From a virus: a DNA stretch of 64,000 bases. The notes under the pieces were generated by a model that was given only the letters and a program-made list of their open reading frames with translations, made no database searches and had not been told where the DNA came from. The translations under genes and the position numbers were made by a program. Positions 28,173 through 37,630 of the stretch are shown here, piece by piece. Location of the stretch: IMG/VR virus record IMGVR_UViG_3300032315_000774, positions 1-64,000 of that record, one strand, 5' to 3'. Each line of letters begins with the position of its first letter. Positions within the stretch are counted from its first letter, which is position 1.

Positions 28173-28724
28173 TTAGACCGAACGGCAGCCTTCTCGTGCG
28201 ACCACGACGTGGTCGATGAGCGTGATCCCCAGCAGCGCGCCCGCACTCCGCAGGCGCTCGGTCAGCACTCGATCCTCTTCGCTCGGCGTCGGGTCGCCGC
28301 TCGGGTGGTTGTGCACGAGGATGAGCTGCGCCGCCTTGTGCGTGATGGCGAAGCTGAACACCTCGCGCGGGTGCACGAGGCACGCGGTCAAGGTCCCGCG
28401 CGCGATGCAATCGGCGCCGATGACACGCAGCCGCGCGTCGAGCGCGATGACCCAGAACGTCTCGACGGTCTCGTGCCGTAGCTTCTGCTGGAAGAAGCGG
28501 CCGACGTCGTCCGGTCCCTTCAGACTCTCGCCGACGGGCTCGTTCGCCAGCTGGTCCAGCACTTCACGAAGTGCCTCGAACTGCGCAGCGAACGTCGGCG
28601 ACTTGTCGGGTTGCTGCAGCTGCGCCTGCAGACTTCCGACCTCGCGCAGCTCCTTGCGCAGCGCGGCCCGCTTGCGGCCGAAGTTCGTCACACCGAACAA
28701 GGTCTCCAGATGCGTGGTGTCCAC
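28173..28724 (-). CDS. radC: RadC-like JAB domain protein
   Basis: VHPREVF..LILVHNHPSGDPTPSEED..LIDHVVV. Confidence 0.9.
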   Translation of the reverse strand: MDTTHLETLFGVTNFGRKRAALRKELREVGSLQAQLQQPDKSPTFAAQFEALREVLDQLANEPVGESLKGPDDVGRFFQQKLRHETVETFWVIALDARLRVIGADCIARGTLTACLVHPREVFSFAITHKAAQLILVHNHPSGDPTPSEEDRVLTERLRSAGALLGITLIDHVVVAREGCRSV

Positions 28725-28733
28725 AGTGGCCTC

Positions 28734-29015
28734 CTAGCGCAGCGGCCGAGGCCGCTGGATGATCTTGCAGTGCCCGACGAACTTCTCGCGCTCGAACAGC
28801 GCGACCAGCGCTTCCTGTTCCGCTTCGAAGTCGACGTAGATCGACGTGCCGCGCACGTGCGCGCGACGCTCGAATGAGCCGAGGATCGCCTTCATGGGCT
28901 TGCGCCCATACGCGAGCGCACGCGCCTGGTACTCGTCGGTGCCGAGCACACGGCGCATGAAGCGCCGCGCGCCCGAGGTCATCGGCTTCACGGAAAAGTA
29001 GACAGTCTGCATCAC
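28734..29015 (-). CDS. Hypothetical protein
   Basis: Packed ORF. Confidence 0.55.
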   Translation of the reverse strand: MMQTVYFSVKPMTSGARRFMRRVLGTDEYQARALAYGRKPMKAILGSFERRAHVRGTSIYVDFEAEQEALVALFEREKFVGHCKIIQRPRPLR

Positions 29016-29254
29016 AACTCCTCGATGCGCGCCGCGATCTGACGGGCGCGCTCCTCCAGCTCCGCTTGCGTGTCGCCGTCCTCGACGGCGACGACGCAGC
29101 GCTCGATGTAGCGCCGCTCAGCCGCGAGCAGCGCTCGCAGGGCTGCACGCGGCGTGCGGTAGCGTGTCAGTTCTGCGTCCGTCACACAGTCCCACGTGTA
29201 CGACGTGGGACCCAGAAGAGGTTCGGCACGAACAGCTGCGACGATCGCGTTCAT
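29012..29254 (-). CDS. Hypothetical protein
   Basis: ATG 12 nt after motif copy 9. Confidence 0.65.
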   Translation of the reverse strand: MNAIVAAVRAEPLLGPTSYTWDCVTDAELTRYRTPRAALRALLAAERRYIERCVVAVEDGDTQAELEERARQIAARIEEL

Positions 29255-29266
29255 GCGAACAGCTAC

Positions 29267-29282
29267 TTCACTTCGCGTGCCA
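29267..29282 (-). promoter_or_regulatory. Motif copy 9
   Basis: Exact copy, 12 nt before ATG. Confidence 0.8.
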
Positions 29283-29284
29283 AC

Positions 29285-29808
29285 CTAGTCCGGCGTGCAC
29301 ATGATGTCGCGCAGGTTCTTGACCGCACGGTCGAGATCACTGAGCACATCCTCGCGCGCCACGTCCTCGTCCGCGAGCCGACCACACACGCGCATCAGCT
29401 CGACGGACAGCTGCCGCAGTCGGCTCATCGTCTCGCGATGTGCCGACATAGCCTCGTTGAACTTCTCGGCGCTCGCGAGGAACATCCCTTCGACTTCGTC
29501 ATACGCTTGATCTGGTGCTCGAAGAGCAGGTGCAGGATCGCCCGCTCGTACTGGTCGTCGCCCCACTCGCGCGTCAGCGTACGAGCTTCCTCGGCGTGCT
29601 GGATCGCCACCGTGATGTCACCACCCGACACCACCTCTCGGATGCGCTCGTACAGCGAGTTCGCTGTGACGGCGTCGGCCCGTGCTCGCTCTTCGCGCTT
29701 GCGCAGGACGCGTCCTGACGGCTCCACACACGTCTCGACGGCCAGCTCCCACAGTTCCTGGGAGTGCTCGATCAGCGCGTTGATCTTCGATGAGAGTTCC
29801 GTGTTCAC
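29285..29808 (-). CDS. Hypothetical helical protein, apparently split by a frameshift near 29510
   Basis: ORF 29425-29808 looks protein-like to LLFEH; ORF 29285-29566 looks protein-like from DQAYDEVEG. Confidence 0.45.
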
Positions 29809-30431
29809 ATCGACTCCTTCGCGGCGGTCAGCACCTTGTTCAAGCGCTCCGCGTTCTTGGTCTTACCGGTCGAGAGAAGGTGCAGAACCGACCCTTCGAC
29901 CGCTTCGAGCGTCACGCGCTTCGCGCGCAGGTCGTCGAGCAGCAAGCTCTCCGCCTGCTCACGGGTCAGCTCGACGAGCTGACCGTCGCGGTGCCAGAGC
30001 ACGCGGGGGTCGTTCTTGCCGTCGCCAAACAGCACCAGGACTGCCTGACCAGGCGCGAGGCGCCACAGCACATCAGTCCACGAGCCGATGCGTCCCGCGT
30101 CGCCATCGGCGCCCGTACCCTCTGCCAAGAGACGCGGCTGGCCGAGCCAAGCCGCGCTCTCGCCTCGCCGGTTGCGGGTGTACGTGCCGTCCGACGACAC
30201 ACGCACGAGCACGTCGGCGGTCGCCGTCTTCGGCGCAAGGAAGCGCCCGTGCACATCGGCCTCGACGATGCGGTCGCCCTCCATCATCGGCGGGTTCGTG
30301 CGCTCGACGCGCACGAAGTTCGGGACGCGACCACGTCCCGTTTCACCGAGCAGCACGTGCTGCCCGGCCCCGTCGGTGTCGGTGGGGATGCCGACGGTGA
30401 GACCCCGCTTGGTGAAGTTGTACGCCTTCAT
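29805..30431 (-). CDS. Hypothetical protein
   Basis: ATG 15 nt after motif copy 10. Confidence 0.75.
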   Translation of the reverse strand: MKAYNFTKRGLTVGIPTDTDGAGQHVLLGETGRGRVPNFVRVERTNPPMMEGDRIVEADVHGRFLAPKTATADVLVRVSSDGTYTRNRRGESAAWLGQPRLLAEGTGADGDAGRIGSWTDVLWRLAPGQAVLVLFGDGKNDPRVLWHRDGQLVELTREQAESLLLDDLRAKRVTLEAVEGSVLHLLSTGKTKNAERLNKVLTAAKESM

Positions 30432-30446
30432 GATGTTCTCCTCTTC

Positions 30447-30462
30447 TTCACTTCGCGTGCCA
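30447..30462 (-). promoter_or_regulatory. Motif copy 10
   Basis: Exact copy. Confidence 0.8.
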
Positions 30463-30476
30463 ACGCGTGCACGCCT

Positions 30477-30665
30477 TCAGAACGGAATGTGGTTCTCGTC
30501 GTCGACGACGACAGACTCCACAGGCTCGACAAGCGCGACGGCGGGCTCGTCGTTCTGCTCACGGTCCTCGTCCATCCAGGCTTCGCAGGGTCCGCAGACC
30601 CCGTCGAAGAGGCCGCAGTCCGACGAGATGCGGACATGCGGATGGTGGTTGCAGTAGCGGTGCAT
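30477..30665 (-). CDS. Small Cys-rich acidic protein ending in IPF
   Basis: ATG 12 nt after motif copy 11. Confidence 0.65.
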   Translation of the reverse strand: MHRYCNHHPHVRISSDCGLFDGVCGPCEAWMDEDREQNDEPAVALVEPVESVVVDDENHIPF

Positions 30666-30673
30666 GCTTCGGT

Positions 30674-30862
30674 CTACTTCACTTTGCGTGCCAGCCGAGC
30701 ACGAGCGCGGCGCGGAGACCGCACACGTACAGGCGGCGGAGCATGGAACTCCGCTGCGTGATCACGGCAGAGCGCCATGACGAAGCCCTCGACGACGACC
30801 GTCGTCGTAGCAGGCTGACCGCAGAGCTTGCCTGCGTGGTCAGGAGCGACACACCGATTCAT
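30674..30862 (-). CDS. Small Zn-binding protein ending LARKVK
   Basis: C..CG..A..LC..H; ATGA overlap. Confidence 0.55.
   Translation of the reverse strand: MNRCVAPDHAGKLCGQPATTTVVVEGFVMALCRDHAAEFHAPPPVRVRSPRRARARLARKVK
30678..30693 (-). promoter_or_regulatory. Motif copy 11 (TGGCACGCAAAGTGAA)
   Basis: 1 mismatch, 12 nt before ATG. Confidence 0.75.
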
Positions 30863-31227
30863 ACAGCCTCCGGGAGCTTGCGACGCGCCTGCGCGCGAAT
30901 GACGCGTGCATCGAGACCCTGCTCCGCGCACCACACGCGGAGCGTCTTGGCCTGGCGCGCGCTGTTGCACGAGCGGCACGCGACGACGAGGTTGGTGGCC
31001 GTGTCTTCGCCACCGAGCGACTTCGGCGTGAGGTGATCGAGGTGCAGATGCGCACCCGAAGACTTCTCGGTCGCGCCGCAGTACACGCAGCGGTGACCGT
31101 CCCGAGCCGCGATCAGGCGCGCGAGCTTGCCGAGCCGCTTCTTCAGCGACTCGCGACCCGGGCGCGCGCTGTGGGCCGCGCGCCCCTTCTGCGTCGTGTA
31201 CCGGGCGGCTCGCTTCGTCGTCGTCAC
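30859..31227 (-). CDS. HNH endonuclease
   Basis: RDGHRCVYCG..HLDHLTP..GG..NLVVACRSCN; GTG 12 nt after motif copy 12. Confidence 0.85.
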   Translation of the reverse strand: MTTTKRAARYTTQKGRAAHSARPGRESLKKRLGKLARLIAARDGHRCVYCGATEKSSGAHLHLDHLTPKSLGGEDTATNLVVACRSCNSARQAKTLRVWCAEQGLDARVIRAQARRKLPEAV

Positions 31228-31239
31228 GCGACGAACTAC

Positions 31240-31255
31240 TTCACTTCGCGTGCCA
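31240..31255 (-). promoter_or_regulatory. Motif copy 12
   Basis: Exact copy, 12 nt before GTG. Confidence 0.8.
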
Positions 31256-31257
31256 GG

Positions 31258-31428
31258 TCAGGTCTCGAAGTCTTTCGCGATCCATCCCGCAGCAAACATC
31301 CAAGATGCGCTGATGGCGCCTGCGACCACCATGATCCATGTCTGGTAGTCCGGAAACATGTCTGCAAGACGAAAGGCGGCGACCAACGTCTTGCAGATCG
31401 CGAATATGCCGATCAGAAACCAGATCAT
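31258..31428 (-). CDS. 56-aa two-TM membrane protein (MIWFLIGIFAICK...), not in ORF track
   Basis: AAGGAGAG SD, two hydrophobic stretches, TGA 2 nt before motif. Confidence 0.6.
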   Translation of the reverse strand: MIWFLIGIFAICKTLVAAFRLADMFPDYQTWIMVVAGAISASWMFAAGWIAKDFET

Positions 31429-31579
31429 CGTAGACTCTCCTTGACGTCTCCAAGCGGGTGTGTGAGCGTATCCACAGCACGGGGCGGGGTTTCTTCGGTT
31501 TAGTCCATTCCTCGTGCGGATGGCTCCTGATGGGGTGAGCGGCGGAGCAGGACCCGCAGACCTGCTCCGCCGCTTGCTT

Positions 31580-31843
31580 TCAGCGCGGAAGAAGCTCCAG
31601 AACGCGCAGCTTCGCTTCGATCTGAGTCGCCATCTGCGCCTGCGTCTTTTCGCCTTTCAGCAGAAGATCGGTCCGCACCATGCCTCGTGGCAGCGGAGCG
31701 TCCGCCTCCCAGACGTCCGACCACATCATGTGCGGTCGGTAGACCAGGACCAGTGGCTCGGCGTTGTAACAGAGAAGCCAGAACGCCTTGGCGGCGAGCG
31801 CCTCGGCTTGAAGCTGCAAGAGCTTGACTGTGTCAAGGCTCAT
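31580..31843 (-). CDS. Hypothetical protein
   Basis: ATG ORF. Confidence 0.55.
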   Translation of the reverse strand: MSLDTVKLLQLQAEALAAKAFWLLCYNAEPLVLVYRPHMMWSDVWEADAPLPRGMVRTDLLLKGEKTQAQMATQIEAKLRVLELLPR

Positions 31844-31852
31844 GTCTGCCCT

Positions 31853-32053
31853 CTAGTTTCCGGCGAAGATCGACACGTACTCCTCGCCCTCGTCGAGGTC
31901 GAACGGTCCTTCTTCGTTGACCTCTTTGGTGACGCGCGCGCTTCCTAAGAGGCCGCAGTCACCAGACGCACCGTGCCGGTACAGAACCTCTTTATCGCCG
32001 TGTCCGGTCGCTTCGAGCTTCTGCAGATTCTTGATGAACTCGCTGAGCTTCAT
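31853..32053 (-). CDS. Small hypothetical protein
   Basis: ATG 12 nt after motif copy 13. Confidence 0.65.
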   Translation of the reverse strand: MKLSEFIKNLQKLEATGHGDKEVLYRHGASGDCGLLGSARVTKEVNEEGPFDLDEGEEYVSIFAGN

Positions 32054-32065
32054 GAGATATACTCC

Positions 32066-32081
32066 TTCACTTCGCGTGCCA
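32066..32081 (-). promoter_or_regulatory. Motif copy 13
   Basis: Exact copy, 12 nt before ATG. Confidence 0.8.
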
Positions 32082-32084
32082 AGA

Positions 32085-32966
32085 TCAGGCGGCGACCGCC
32101 TCGGGTTCGGTCTCGGGCTCGGCCTCGGCCTTGGTCTCAGCCTTGCCGAGGACGCAGTCGGCGGCCTTCTGGGCTGCGCTCGCGGCGCGCAAGAAGATTC
32201 GGACGTCGTCGCTGATCCTCTTGCGCCAGCTCGCGAGGTAGCTGGCGCTGTTCGACTCGACGTCGGGCCGCAAGATGCCGGTCATCGCGCACAGCATCGA
32301 GGCCGCGCACTCGGCTACCAGCTCCTCCTCTGCGTACGTGTGCGAGCCGTACACGATCGGGTCCATGACCCCCGACCGATCGAGGCGGCTCGCGTGCCCC
32401 GTGGAGTGGGCCAGCTCGTGGTAGAAGGTCGAGTAGTAGTGCTCGACCGACGCGAACGCCACGCGGTGCGGCATGCGGATGACGTCGCTCGACGGGATGT
32501 AGCAAGCTCGGTCTCCACCGACCTGCAGGCGCGGCCCCTTCGCGAGGTACGCGTCGACGACCGTCTTCGCGTCCTCCTGCTCGACGATCTCCGTCGTCGC
32601 CTCGGGCTCGGCCGTCGTCTGCTCCGCGTTGAACACGACGGCGTATCGAAGCAGTGGGAACTTCTTCGGCTTCCCGTTCTTGTCGAACTGCGTCTTGGAC
32701 TCGACCATACCGTACCAGGTGACCGGCCACCCCTTCTCGCCCTTCTTCACCGGCGAGTTCCGATCGAGCCACTGCTTGAAGCTCCCCCAACGGGGGTCAG
32801 CGTAGCCCGCGCAGCCGAGCAGCATCGTGTTGCTGCCTCGGTACGCACGCCCGGTTACTACGTTGCGGGGCGTACTGGACTGCCATGGCTTCTGCCAGGG
32901 CACGACGCCCTTGTCGAGGAGCGCCAGCAAGCGCTCGGTCACCATCGCGTAGATCTTCTCGCTCAT
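32085..32966 (-). CDS. ardC: ArdC antirestriction protein (ssDNA-binding N-domain + zincin-like domain)
   Basis: PWQKPW..TGRAYRGSN..FKQW..KKGEKG..VFNAEQ; YYSTFYHELAHSTGH..RLDR; YAEEELVAE. Confidence 0.9.
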   Translation of the reverse strand: MSEKIYAMVTERLLALLDKGVVPWQKPWQSSTPRNVVTGRAYRGSNTMLLGCAGYADPRWGSFKQWLDRNSPVKKGEKGWPVTWYGMVESKTQFDKNGKPKKFPLLRYAVVFNAEQTTAEPEATTEIVEQEDAKTVVDAYLAKGPRLQVGGDRACYIPSSDVIRMPHRVAFASVEHYYSTFYHELAHSTGHASRLDRSGVMDPIVYGSHTYAEEELVAECAASMLCAMTGILRPDVESNSASYLASWRKRISDDVRIFLRAASAAQKAADCVLGKAETKAEAEPETEPEAVAA

Positions 32967-32980
32967 GTGTGTCTTCTTGC

Positions 32981-32996
32981 TTCACTTCGCATGCCA
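32981..32996 (-). promoter_or_regulatory. Motif copy 14 (TGGCATGCGAAGTGAA)
   Basis: 1 mismatch, 14 nt before ardC ATG. Confidence 0.75.
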
Positions 32997-32999
32997 ACT

Positions 33000-33271
33000 C
33001 CTCACTGCTCCTCACTTTTTCCTCACTTACTATAAGTACCTTATTTTATTAGAGAAAAAGCTAGTCTAGTGAGGAAGTGAGGAAAGTGAGGAGTATTTAG
33101 CGCTATGATACGAGATACAGAAAGAGAAACCCTTCTTTTGTGCAGAAAAGCACAGACAGCTTTTCTCCATGAGCACAATAGGAGCTACAGCTTGGGACCT
33201 CACCTTCCTCACTAAACGAGGAAAAGCTTAAGTAAACCGAAGGTTTACAGGTCAGTGAGGAGGAGGTGAGG
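33000..33271. repeat. AT-rich region with inverted arrays of CCTCACT iterons; candidate replication origin
   Basis: CCTCACT at 33000, 33010, 33021; AGTGAGG at 33068, 33076, 33085; second set at 33198, 33207 / 33254, 33265. Confidence 0.65.
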
Positions 33272-33742
33272 AGACAGCCACGTCACTAGCATCGTCTGGT
33301 CTTCCAACAGACGGCTCGTGAACTGTCGAGAATCATCTGGGGTCAGCTCGACGAGTGTGTCCGACAGCACATGTAGGATGTGGTCGATCCGGGAAACCGA
33401 GCATCGCTCACGACGCATCGCGTCGCGCTTGGCGGCCAGCGCTCGCACTTGAGCCACAGCGGCGAGCGGTCCTGACGTCGGCATGACATCAGCCTCGTGT
33501 GGCGCTGTGCAGAGCCCTTCCAGGAAGCGCTCGGTGCTCGGGTGGAGCGACCAGCCTGCGGCAGCTTGGAGCGCATACGGACAGCTTGGCGTGAGCCCAA
33601 AGAGCAGCTGGTAGCCGAGCTGCGTAGCCGGGTCTGAAGTGAGAGACGCGGGTACACGCAGCTGTGGTCCGAGCACAGGCGCGACACCGAACGTTGCGAC
33701 GAACAGCTTGCGGAACTCGACGGTCTTCACGCAGCCCGCCAC
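33245..33742 (-). CDS. Hypothetical protein
   Basis: 165-aa ORF. Confidence 0.5.
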   Translation of the reverse strand: MAGCVKTVEFRKLFVATFGVAPVLGPQLRVPASLTSDPATQLGYQLLFGLTPSCPYALQAAAGWSLHPSTERFLEGLCTAPHEADVMPTSGPLAAVAQVRALAAKRDAMRRERCSVSRIDHILHVLSDTLVELTPDDSRQFTSRLLEDQTMLVTWLSPHLLLTDL

Positions 33743-33977
33743 AGCTCGCGGTTGATGCTGCGCTCTCGAAGCAAGCGCAACATGAGCATGTCGGCTTGCT
33801 CGCTCGTGATGCCGAGCGTGTGTTCAAGACGTTGCGTAGGTAAGCCGACGGTCGGCAACAGCTCGACGACGATGTGCCATCCATCGTCGCGTTGTACGCG
33901 CGTCACCGCGCTGATTGAAATCGGCGTCTTCTGCACAACGCGAACACTAGCGTTTTCTGCAGAAGTGGTCTACTAGC

Positions 33978-34625
33978 TTGTTCATGCTTTCCATCGAGGA
34001 GCTGATCACCACCTTCAACACGATGCCCGAAGAGCAGCGTATGTCGGCGTTCAACGTCGTCTTGCGTTGGCTCGGGCCGGATGGCGCGGACATCGTCATC
34101 GCAGATGCGGATGGCGAGGCCCGACTCGCCGCGAAAGAGGAAGACAAGAAGACACCAACAGAGCGCAAGCCGCCAGCGACTGAGGTGATGGACGCGCTGA
34201 GCGCCATCGTGAGCTACCTGTACGGACGCGACGCGAGGACGGTGCCCGAGCTGGCGCAGGCGCTGAAGCTCGACAAGTCGCTCGTGATGAAGGCCCTGTA
34301 CCAGGGGAAGAAGCTCAACAAGCTGACCGAGCTGAGCCTGACGGCGCCGCGTGCGATGCCTGGCTCGCGCAAGCCCGCAAGCAAGGGCTACGTGCTGTTC
34401 GGCCAGCCCGAGTTCTGGCGCCCGTCTCCCAAGGTCAGTGGCCTGCTCGACGGCGAGGTCGTCGAAGACAGCTCGAAGTTCGAGTTGGTCAAGACGATGG
34501 TCGAGGAAGCGCCTACGGCTGACGCAGTCGTCAACGAGTTCGAGCGCGTCCTCGACTCGCTCGTGTCGCCTCCGACGTCGACGCCGGTCGTGCCGCCCAA
34601 GGTTCTGAGCCTCGACGATCTGTGA
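33978..34625 (+). CDS. Hypothetical protein, possible winged-HTH
   Basis: Strong codon bias; TVPELAQALKLDKSLVMKAL. Confidence 0.65.
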   Translation: MFMLSIEELITTFNTMPEEQRMSAFNVVLRWLGPDGADIVIADADGEARLAAKEEDKKTPTERKPPATEVMDALSAIVSYLYGRDARTVPELAQALKLDKSLVMKALYQGKKLNKLTELSLTAPRAMPGSRKPASKGYVLFGQPEFWRPSPKVSGLLDGEVVEDSSKFELVKTMVEEAPTADAVVNEFERVLDSLVSPPTSTPVVPPKVLSLDDL

Positions 34626-34802
34626 GCAAGCCACACGTCCTCACGCGTGTGCTCACCGAGTACGCTGCACTGCTCCCTGCGGAGCGTGCGGCGTACCGGG
34701 AGCGCCTTCTGGCTCTTGCGGAAAAGTACAAGCTCACGCGCGAAGAGGTTGAGCGTCGACTCGACGCGATCGACGCCGCGCGTGTCGTGAAGGTGGTTCC
34801 TC

Positions 34803-35159
34803 ATGGTGATTGATCTCAAGAAGGACCCTGTTCCGTGCATCTGGTTCTGCATGTGGTTTGGCCTGTTCTGGTACGGCCGCAGTCGACCAGGCACGCACAA
34901 GATCGCGCTGACCCTCAGAGGTCTCGTGACAGAAGCATGCGCCGACGAGCAGAAGCGCGCGTACGAATACTTCGACGTACACCTCGGATTCACGCCGGTG
35001 CCTGCCAGGTTCCTAGACAAGATGAAGATCGAGGTGCCGTACAACAAGCTGCCGAAGATCGACGACATGCTGTTGATCGTTCCGTTCATGTTTTCACCGA
35101 GCACGTTTGTCACCAAGTGGTGGACGCTGCGCGCCATGCAGAAGATGTGGGGAACCTGA
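34803..35159 (+). CDS. Hypothetical protein
   Basis: Packed ORF. Confidence 0.55.
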   Translation: MVIDLKKDPVPCIWFCMWFGLFWYGRSRPGTHKIALTLRGLVTEACADEQKRAYEYFDVHLGFTPVPARFLDKMKIEVPYNKLPKIDDMLLIVPFMFSPSTFVTKWWTLRAMQKMWGT

Positions 35160-35695
35160 TGAAACACGCAGTTCTGGCTGTGATGATCGCAGTCGTGATC
35201 GTCATCGTGTTGTTCTTCGCGGTGCGCGACCACAGCTCGCGCGGCGACTCGGGGTTCCTGGTGACCGCCGAGTGCCAGCGCTACGACCGCGTGTGGCGCA
35301 CGCTGCGCGTCGGAGGACCGAGCTTGACTGCAGCAAAGCGCGAGGCGCTGTCGATGGCCGCCGAGTGGTGGAACGAAGAGCTGAAGCTACACGCGTTCGA
35401 GTTCGTCGAGGACGACCGCGATCTCGACGTCATCGTCGACACCAGCGCGGCGAAGAGCTACACGCAGTTCGAGATGACGTCGTGCGAGTCCGTCATGCGC
35501 ACACGCGTGTATCTCTACGACGGAGAAGCGCCGTCGAAGTGGATCGGCGTCTTCTCGCACGAACTCGGGCACGCGCTGTTTCTCGCAGACGACAACGTCG
35601 CCGAGTCGATCATGTACCATCGCGCGGGCACGCAGTTCTTTGGCGACGTCACGGACCAAGACAAGGCGCGCGTCACTGCGCGCTTCGAGGAGTGA
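35159..35695 (+). CDS. Membrane-anchored matrixin-like metallopeptidase
   Basis: N-terminal TM; HELGHALFL..SIMY Met-turn. Confidence 0.7.
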   Translation: MKHAVLAVMIAVVIVIVLFFAVRDHSSRGDSGFLVTAECQRYDRVWRTLRVGGPSLTAAKREALSMAAEWWNEELKLHAFEFVEDDRDLDVIVDTSAAKSYTQFEMTSCESVMRTRVYLYDGEAPSKWIGVFSHELGHALFLADDNVAESIMYHRAGTQFFGDVTDQDKARVTARFEE

Positions 35696-35699
35696 GCAC

Positions 35700-36638
35700 A
35701 TGTACCGAATCATCGGCCTCTGCGGCGCTGCAGGCGTCGGCAAGAGTTACATCGCGAACATGCTGGGCAAGAACGAGAACTTCGTCGAGCGCTCGTTCGC
35801 CAAGACACTGAAAGAAGCTGCAGCTGTCATCTTCGACTTCAGTCACGAGCAGCTGTACGGTCCGAGCGAGAAGCGCAACGAGCCCGATCCTCGATGGGCA
35901 CGCGAAGGACGCGAACCGCTGTCGCCGCGCGAAGCTCTGCAGGTGCTGGGGACGGAGATCGCGAGACAGCTGCACGACGATGTTTGGATTCGTGCAGGCA
36001 TGCGCGCGATGGACCCGAACACTCGGTACGTGTTTCCAGACGTTCGCTTCAACAACGAGGCCCGGGCGATCCGCGACATGGGTGGTGTCGTCGTGAAGGT
36101 GTGTCGTGAAGGTACGAAGTCTGTCCGCGCACACGCTTCGGAACAGGGCATCGACCCCGCACTGATCGACTTCGAACTCGACAACGTCCTCGGTGACAAC
36201 GGCTTTACGATGACCGCGCTCCAGTCGCTCGTGTCGATGTCGTTCACTCCGTACGTCTTCCCGAAGCGACTGTGGGTCGCTCCTGGCTTCTTGAAAAGAC
36301 CTGGTGGTGACGACTTCAAAGCGTACATGCGACCTGTCCCGCTGCTCTGGATGAGAGTCGGTGAAGCTGCGCTCAATGCCGGGTGGCAGTGGCGCGCAGG
36401 CACACTCGACCTTGACGGCAACCGGATGATTCGAGACCGCGCACCGTTCGAGGCGTTCAACGTCTTCACCGAAGCGCGGCGCTCGTCGCCCTCGATCGAC
36501 GTGATGACAGTACCGGACTTCCGCGACGACGCTACGTTCGGTTGTCTGCAGATCCAGGCGCATGATAAGCAGACGTCGTGCGGAGCCCTTTTGGAAGTTC
36601 TCCGCCAAGCCGAAAACAATCGACGGCTCTACTTGTAG
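35700..36638 (+). CDS. Deoxynucleoside monophosphate kinase (T4 gp1-like) with C-terminal extension
   Basis: IIGLCGAAGVGKS, SFAKTLK, REALQVLGTE..R, DVRFNNEA, HASE. Confidence 0.85.
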   Translation: MYRIIGLCGAAGVGKSYIANMLGKNENFVERSFAKTLKEAAAVIFDFSHEQLYGPSEKRNEPDPRWAREGREPLSPREALQVLGTEIARQLHDDVWIRAGMRAMDPNTRYVFPDVRFNNEARAIRDMGGVVVKVCREGTKSVRAHASEQGIDPALIDFELDNVLGDNGFTMTALQSLVSMSFTPYVFPKRLWVAPGFLKRPGGDDFKAYMRPVPLLWMRVGEAALNAGWQWRAGTLDLDGNRMIRDRAPFEAFNVFTEARRSSPSIDVMTVPDFRDDATFGCLQIQAHDKQTSCGALLEVLRQAENNRRLYL

Positions 36639-36681
36639 CCGCAGCCGCCATCGACACCGAGTGGACCCATCTGGAGCACCT

Positions 36682-37311
36682 ATGAACGACAAATACAAGA
36701 ACTGGCCGAGACCACGAGCTGTCGAGCAGAAGCTGGCAAATGCGGACCTCGTCGTCTTTGGTGACGAGTGGTCTCTCATCCACGGCTCCGCGAAGATCTT
36801 CTCTCTTCAGTACGAAGACAAGATGAAGCGATGGGAAGAGGTCTCTTGGCAGATCTTCGAGCTGATGTCAAAGCCACGCTTCTTGACTGAAATGCCTGTG
36901 CCGCCTTCGTCGATGGACGACGTCGACCTGCTTGACGTCTACGTTCAAGACATGCGGGCGTTTGCATGGTATAAAAGCGATCCAATGCATCAAACAAAGT
37001 GTGAGCTGTATGAGCAAGGTGCGTCAGGAGATGCACTCGCGCGTCAACGGTACGTGGAGATCTTCGCTTACTGCAGCGAGCACGACCGACCGAACAAGTT
37101 CTTCTTGTTCAAGAAGTTCGAGGTGGTCGGCGAGTCATATACGCGCTCTGTTGACGACATCGAAGACACCAACACGCCTTGTACGAAGTGCGGCGGTCGG
37201 AAGTGGATCGAGCACGATTGCGGCGACTCGTCGTGCGGGCAAGAGTACGACGTGTGCTCTGCATGCAGCGCACCGACGAGCAACGAGCAGCTCAAGAAGT
37301 CTGAGGTGTAA
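36682..37311 (+). CDS. Hypothetical protein with C-terminal Zn ribbon
   Basis: CTKC..CSAC; GGAG SD. Confidence 0.6.
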   Translation: MNDKYKNWPRPRAVEQKLANADLVVFGDEWSLIHGSAKIFSLQYEDKMKRWEEVSWQIFELMSKPRFLTEMPVPPSSMDDVDLLDVYVQDMRAFAWYKSDPMHQTKCELYEQGASGDALARQRYVEIFAYCSEHDRPNKFFLFKKFEVVGESYTRSVDDIEDTNTPCTKCGGRKWIEHDCGDSSCGQEYDVCSACSAPTSNEQLKKSEV

Positions 37312-37312
37312 C

Positions 37313-37630
37313 ATGGTGGGCAAGGCACTCACGCTCTCGAATCTGATGCCATGGCACAACATCGTGCAGACGTTCTGCGATGGTAAGCTGTTGCTGAGCG
37401 GCGATGACCGTCCTCACCGCAAAGAACTGCTCGTGCAGTACGCTTCTGACAAGTACGACACCGTCGGTCAGTCATCCGATCCGGAGCTGACAGTGAACAA
37501 GTTCGTGCGCGACCGCGTCCGCAAGCTCCTCGTGAAGCGCGAAAACGAGCGCGAACGCCTGCTCGAACGGCTGCAGATCGTCGAGGAAGAGCTGCGCATC
37601 TACAAGCAGTACGAAGCGGAGAACCCGTGA
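37313..37630 (+). CDS. Hypothetical coiled-coil protein
   Basis: GAGG SD, packed. Confidence 0.55.
   Translation: MVGKALTLSNLMPWHNIVQTFCDGKLLLSGDDRPHRKELLVQYASDKYDTVGQSSDPELTVNKFVRDRVRKLLVKRENERERLLERLQIVEEELRIYKQYEAENP

Noticed and set aside
28173-28724. RadC JAB as part of the ubiquitin-like module
   Set aside because: Typical RadC signature, 28 kb away; the module has its own JAB gene
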